Source: Candidatus Shapirobacteria bacterium
GTDB taxonomy: Bacteria > Patescibacteriota > Microgenomatia > UBA12405 > UBA6130
NCBI GenBank assembly: GCA_027007615.1
Contig: JALTFB010000031.1
Coordinates: 314-64,313, forward strand
Length of the DNA stretch: 64,000 bases
Direction of reading: 5' to 3'
Shown: piece by piece, positions 60,088 through 64,000 of the stretch
Position numbering within the stretch: position 1 is the stretch's first letter
How the letters are laid out: every line of letters starts with the position of its first letter
The notes under the pieces: generated by a model
What the model was told of the DNA's origin: nothing
The model's database searches: none
The model's input: the letters and a program-made list of their open reading frames with translations, nothing else
Made by a program: the position numbers and the translations under genes

Positions 60088-60414
60088 TTATTTCTTAGCC
60101 AAAGCCTCGTCAATCTTGGCTTTCAGAGCTTCCTTCGGCTGAAGGCCTACCAGCTGGGCGGTGGGCTGGCCGTCGCGGAAAATGATCACCGTGGGGATCC
60201 CCATGATTCCATATTTGGCTGCTGTTTGCGGATTTTCATCAACGTTAAATTTACCCAGCCTCACCCCGTCGCCATAGTCTTCCACTAATTCTTCCAAAAT
60301 TGGTCCCAAAATTAAACACGGACTGCACCACGGTGCCCAAAAATCAATCACCACGACCCCTTTGGAATCCAAAACCTCATCCTGAAAGTTAGTATCCGTT
60401 AAAGTTATTTTCAT
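60088..60414 (-). CDS. trxA: Thioredoxin
   Basis: IDFWAPWCSPC, NVDENP, YGIMGIPT. Confidence 0.95.
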   Translation of the reverse strand: MKITLTDTNFQDEVLDSKGVVVIDFWAPWCSPCLILGPILEELVEDYGDGVRLGKFNVDENPQTAAKYGIMGIPTVIIFRDGQPTAQLVGLQPKEALKAKIDEALAKK

Positions 60415-60456
60415 TTTTTACTTTTTTAAACAACTAGTTGTATATTGTAGCCAACT

Positions 60457-61332
60457 CTAATTATTTGTCAACCCCCGCTTGTTCAATTGGCGCCAGATTT
60501 TTTCCTCAGCGGAGCTGAGTTTGGTGGGAATAGTCACCAGCAACCTGACATAAAGATCGCCCCGTTGGCGCAGCCGGCCCAAGCGCGGCATCCCTTTGCC
60601 CCGCAAACGGATTAGGGTGTTGGGCTGTGTCCCGGGACGGATTTTAAATTTGATCTTACCTTCCAAAGTGGAAACCTCAACTTGCCCTCCGAGAACAACG
60701 GTGGCCACGGGAATGCTTAGGCTGGTATAAAGATCGTCTCCGTCGCGCTGGAAATGCTTATCTTCGGCAATATTAACCAACAAATAAAAATCGCGGAATT
60801 TAATTTGCTGGCCATCGTGGACGCCGGCGGGAATTTTAATTTTCCTTTTAGCGCCCTTAATCGTTATCTCTTTCTCGGTGCCATGATAAGCATCGGTCAA
60901 ACTGATAACCAGCCTATAGGTGGGAATTTGTTGGCGGCGGAAAGGTGAACGGCCGCCAAAGAATTGTTCAAAAATTTCAAAAGGGTCGGAAAAACCGCCG
61001 AAAGAAAAGTCAAAGCCGCCGAAAGGCGATCTCTCGCCGCCGGCATAAGTGTAAGTAAAAGGCCCCTGCTTGTAACTGTAGGTCCTGCCCCCGCTCCCAA
61101 ATGGGCCGCCGGCGTCAAAGGCGGCGTGGCCGAATTGGTCATAAGCTTGCCTCTTTTTGGGGTCCGATAAGGCTTCGTAAGCTTCGTTTATTTCTTTAAA
61201 CTTTTCCTCCGCTTCCGAAGATTTATTGCGGTCGGGGTGCCATTTCAAAGCCAACCGCCGATAGGCCTTCTTTATTTCCTGCGGCGAGGCGCTACGATTT
61301 ACCCCTAAGATTTCATAAAAATCGCGCTTCAT
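60457..61332 (-). CDS. dnaJ: DnaJ-family chaperone, class B (no zinc finger)
   Basis: J domain WHPD, G/F region, C-terminal domain. No CxxCxGxG repeats. Confidence 0.88.
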   Translation of the reverse strand: MKRDFYEILGVNRSASPQEIKKAYRRLALKWHPDRNKSSEAEEKFKEINEAYEALSDPKKRQAYDQFGHAAFDAGGPFGSGGRTYSYKQGPFTYTYAGGERSPFGGFDFSFGGFSDPFEIFEQFFGGRSPFRRQQIPTYRLVISLTDAYHGTEKEITIKGAKRKIKIPAGVHDGQQIKFRDFYLLVNIAEDKHFQRDGDDLYTSLSIPVATVVLGGQVEVSTLEGKIKFKIRPGTQPNTLIRLRGKGMPRLGRLRQRGDLYVRLLVTIPTKLSSAEEKIWRQLNKRGLTNN

Positions 61333-61337
61333 GGGCG

Positions 61338-63236
61338 TTATTCAACAATTTCTCCCTCTTCCGGCTTGTCCTTGTCCTTATCTTTATCGTCCGGCTTCTT
61401 CGCTTCCGGCCCCGACTCTCCTTTCGCCGCGGTCCCGCCCCCTTGGTAAGCTTTGCTGCCAATCTGCTGCAACAATTGCGACAGGGCTTGCTCTTTACTC
61501 TCCAGCTCCTCTTTCTTGGCCTCGGGTTTGGCCAAAAGCTCTTTGGCTTCTTTAGCCAGCGCCGCCAATTTTTCTTTATCACCGCTGTCCATTTTATCGG
61601 CTAAGTCTTTAATTAATTTCTCGGCCGCAAAAACGCTAGCATCCAGCTTATTATGGGCTTCTATCCGCTGTTTCTTGGCCTCATCCTCCTTGGCATGGGA
61701 TTCCGCTTCCGCCTGCATCTTTTCAACTTCCTCCTCACTCAAGTTAGTGGCATTTTTAATGGTAATTTTTTGCTCTTTGCCGCTGGCCTTATCCCTGGCC
61801 GATACATTGAGAATGCCGTTGGCGTCAATATCAAAAGTCACCTCAATCTGGGGCACTCCCCGCGGCGCCGGCGGAATACCATCCAGGATGAACCGCCCCA
61901 GAGAACGATTGTCGGCTGCCATCGGCCGCTCGCCCTGAAGAACATGCACTTCCACCTGAGATTGGTTATCCGCCGCCGTAGAAAACACCTGCGATTTGCG
62001 GGCCGGCACCGTGGTATTGCGTTCAATGAGGGGAGTCATCACCCCGCCCAAGGTTTCTATCCCCAAGGTTAGCGGAGTAACGTCAAGCAAAAGAACGTCG
62101 CGGACCTCGCCGCTTAAAACCGCCCCCTGGACTGCGGCGCCAACGGCAACCACCTCATCGGGATTGACCGTCTTATTGGCTTCCTTGCCAAATAATTCTT
62201 TAACTACTTGCTGAATTTTGGGCATCCGCGTCTGGCCGCCGACCAAAATCACCTCGTTGATGTCTGCCGGCTTCAGTTTGGCATCCGCCAAACATTTGCG
62301 CACCGGCTCCATCGTCCGTTCAACCAAACCGTCAACCATTTTTTCAAATTCCGCCCGGGTCAGTTTCTTCGTTAAATGCAGCGGCTGGTTATCTTTCTGG
62401 GTAATAAAAGGCAGGTTTATCTCCGTCTCCGGCACCGAGGAAAGCTCAATCTTCGCCTTTTCGGCTGCCTCTTTAATCCGCTGCATCGCCTGCAAATCTT
62501 TACTCAAATCCAACCCGTGCTCTTTTTTAAATTCATCCACCAGCCAATCAATAATTTTTTGGTCAAAATCATCGCCGCCCAAAAAAGTGTCACCATTTGT
62601 GGCTTTAACTTCAAAAACGCCATCGCCTATCTCCAAAATGGAAATGTCAAATGTGCCGCCGCCCAAATCGTAAACAGCCACCGTTTGGTTTTTCTTTTTA
62701 TCCAGCCCATAGGCAAGCGCCGCCGCGGTCGGCTCGTTGATAATCCGCTTGACTTCCAAACCGGCAATCTTGCCCGCTTGCTTTGTCGCCTGGCGCTGCG
62801 AATCGTCAAAATAAGCCGGCACGGTAACGACCGCTTCTTTTATTTCCTCCCCCAAAAAAGCCTCGGCATCCTTTTTGGCTTTTTGCAAGATCATCGCCGA
62901 AATTTCTTGGGGAGTATAAACTTTGCCGCCAACTTCCACGCAAGCCATATTATCGCGGCCGGCCACGATCTTATAAGGGGCGCGCTTAATTGTCTGTTTG
63001 ACTTCGGGATCGCTGAATCGCCTTCCGATTAGCCTTTTAATCGAGTAAATCGTATTTTCGGGATTTAGAATCATCTGCCGCTTGGCTAAATCCCCCACCA
63101 AACCTTTTTTGGGTTCTACCACCGAGGGAATTAAATTGCGCCCCTCAGCGGTGGGAATAACCTTGGGTTTGCCCGCCTCCAAATAAGCGGCGCAAGAATT
63201 GGTTGTTCCTAAATCGATACCGATAACTTTGGTCAT
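61338..63236 (-). CDS. dnaK: Chaperone DnaK
   Basis: [38 protein letters not shown]. Confidence 0.99.
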   Translation of the reverse strand: MTKVIGIDLGTTNSCAAYLEAGKPKVIPTAEGRNLIPSVVEPKKGLVGDLAKRQMILNPENTIYSIKRLIGRRFSDPEVKQTIKRAPYKIVAGRDNMACVEVGGKVYTPQEISAMILQKAKKDAEAFLGEEIKEAVVTVPAYFDDSQRQATKQAGKIAGLEVKRIINEPTAAALAYGLDKKKNQTVAVYDLGGGTFDISILEIGDGVFEVKATNGDTFLGGDDFDQKIIDWLVDEFKKEHGLDLSKDLQAMQRIKEAAEKAKIELSSVPETEINLPFITQKDNQPLHLTKKLTRAEFEKMVDGLVERTMEPVRKCLADAKLKPADINEVILVGGQTRMPKIQQVVKELFGKEANKTVNPDEVVAVGAAVQGAVLSGEVRDVLLLDVTPLTLGIETLGGVMTPLIERNTTVPARKSQVFSTAADNQSQVEVHVLQGERPMAADNRSLGRFILDGIPPAPRGVPQIEVTFDIDANGILNVSARDKASGKEQKITIKNATNLSEEEVEKMQAEAESHAKEDEAKKQRIEAHNKLDASVFAAEKLIKDLADKMDSGDKEKLAALAKEAKELLAKPEAKKEELESKEQALSQLLQQIGSKAYQGGGTAAKGESGPEAKKPDDKDKDKDKPEEGEIVE

Positions 63237-63682
63237 TTAATACCTCCTTTGCCAACTTTAACTTTGGCCGGACGAATAACTTTACCGTTTACAGTATACC
63301 CCCGCAAAACCGTTTCTACCACCTTGTTTCTCGGTCCTTTGACCACCTCAATGCAATCCATTGACAGGGGATCAAATTCTTGCCCTTCCGTTTCAATTGG
63401 CCGAACGCCTTCGCTCGCCAATACTTTTTTAAATTGATTAACGGCGATTGTCAACCCCTTATTGCCGATATGGGCTTCGGCCCGCTCCAAATCATCCAGC
63501 ACCGCCAACAGCTTATCGATCAACGACCAAGAAAGCTTATCTCTAAATTGTTCCGCTTCCTTGCGGATACGCATTTCCAAATTTTGGTAATCGGCCAAAG
63601 CCCGCGCCAATTGCTGGCGCAAAGTTTCAATTTCAGCAGCTAATTTTTTCTCTTGTTGCTCTATCTTATTTTTCTTGGCCAT
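63233..63682 (-). CDS. grpE: Nucleotide exchange factor GrpE
   Basis: [28 protein letters not shown]. Confidence 0.95.
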   Translation of the reverse strand: MAKKNKIEQQEKKLAAEIETLRQQLARALADYQNLEMRIRKEAEQFRDKLSWSLIDKLLAVLDDLERAEAHIGNKGLTIAVNQFKKVLASEGVRPIETEGQEFDPLSMDCIEVVKGPRNKVVETVLRGYTVNGKVIRPAKVKVGKGGIK

Positions 63683-63685
63683 TTT

Positions 63686-64000
63686 TTAGCTCCCTATCTC
63701 CGTCAACGATTTGGCAAAATAATTAATAAGGGGAATTATTTGCTTGTACTTCAACCGGGCCGGGCCTAAAACGCCGACCACGCCGCGATGGGGGCCGGCT
63801 TCATAGGGTTGATAAACCAATCCACAGGGCTCGAGATCTTCTTCGCCCAATTCCGCCCCTAAGAGAAGCGAAAAATTATCGGGAGCGTTCTGGAACGCAT
63901 TTTCAATTAATTGCAGCCAAAAATCCAAGCGGTCAACCAACAAAAGAACTTCTTTGGTAACATCGATGTCGTAGAACTCCGGCTCTTCCAAAAGATTGGA
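63686..64000 (-). CDS. hrcA: Heat-inducible repressor HrcA, C-terminal part (runs off window end)
   Basis: EEPEF...LLGAE...GVVGVLGPARLKYKQII, directly upstream of grpE-dnaK-dnaJ. Confidence 0.85.
   Translation of the reverse strand, partial: SNLLEEPEFYDIDVTKEVLLLVDRLDFWLQLIENAFQNAPDNFSLLLGAELGEEDLEPCGLVYQPYEAGPHRGVVGVLGPARLKYKQIIPLINYFAKSLTEIGS

Noticed and set aside
1-64000. Alternative genetic code (UGA=Gly, as in Gracilibacteria/Absconditabacteria)
   Set aside because: Long core genes are uninterrupted under code 11, and TGA ends genes at expected positions (e.g. tuf, rpoB, dnaG).

Overview
Mostly a core-genome segment of a Patescibacteria (CPR) bacterium, most consistent with Microgenomates. 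Evidence: no rpmD/L30 between rpsE and rplO, short IF2 and AlaRS, AAA-only Lon, standard genetic code. Nearly all genes are on the minus strand. In transcription order: hrcA(partial)-grpE-dnaK-dnaJ, trxA, nusA-infB-DHH-like, rpsO-pnp, lon-like-rnj-ftsK-rodZ-like, alaS-[baseplate-J-like membrane protein]-sortase-ruvX-Zn-finger-mltG, a Ca2+/H+ exchanger, then rpoBC-rpsL-rpsG // fusA-tuf-S10-spc-alpha-rplM-rpsI, followed by a ccdA-like gene, comM and secD(partial). The plus strand carries a methyltransferase, tRNA-Arg-dnaG-rpoD, a nucleotidyltransferase-like gene and tRNA-Pro. Non-core elements: (i) a ~1.1 kb AT-rich insertion splitting the str operon, with an NYN-nuclease pseudogene facing a convergent promoter and hairpin RNA, plus an rmlA-like 3' remnant; (ii) a nested REP/BIME-like palindrome array between nusA and trxA; (iii) an HD/nucleotidyltransferase islet by tRNA-Pro. 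Also notable are terminator-containing leaders before rpoB, fusA, rplC and nusA, many apparently leaderless genes, and unusual substitutions in EF-Tu switch I, S12, the RpoB rifampicin pocket and the RpoC trigger loop. No CRISPR array, rRNA or intact mobile element was seen. All assignments come from motif recognition by eye, not database searches.
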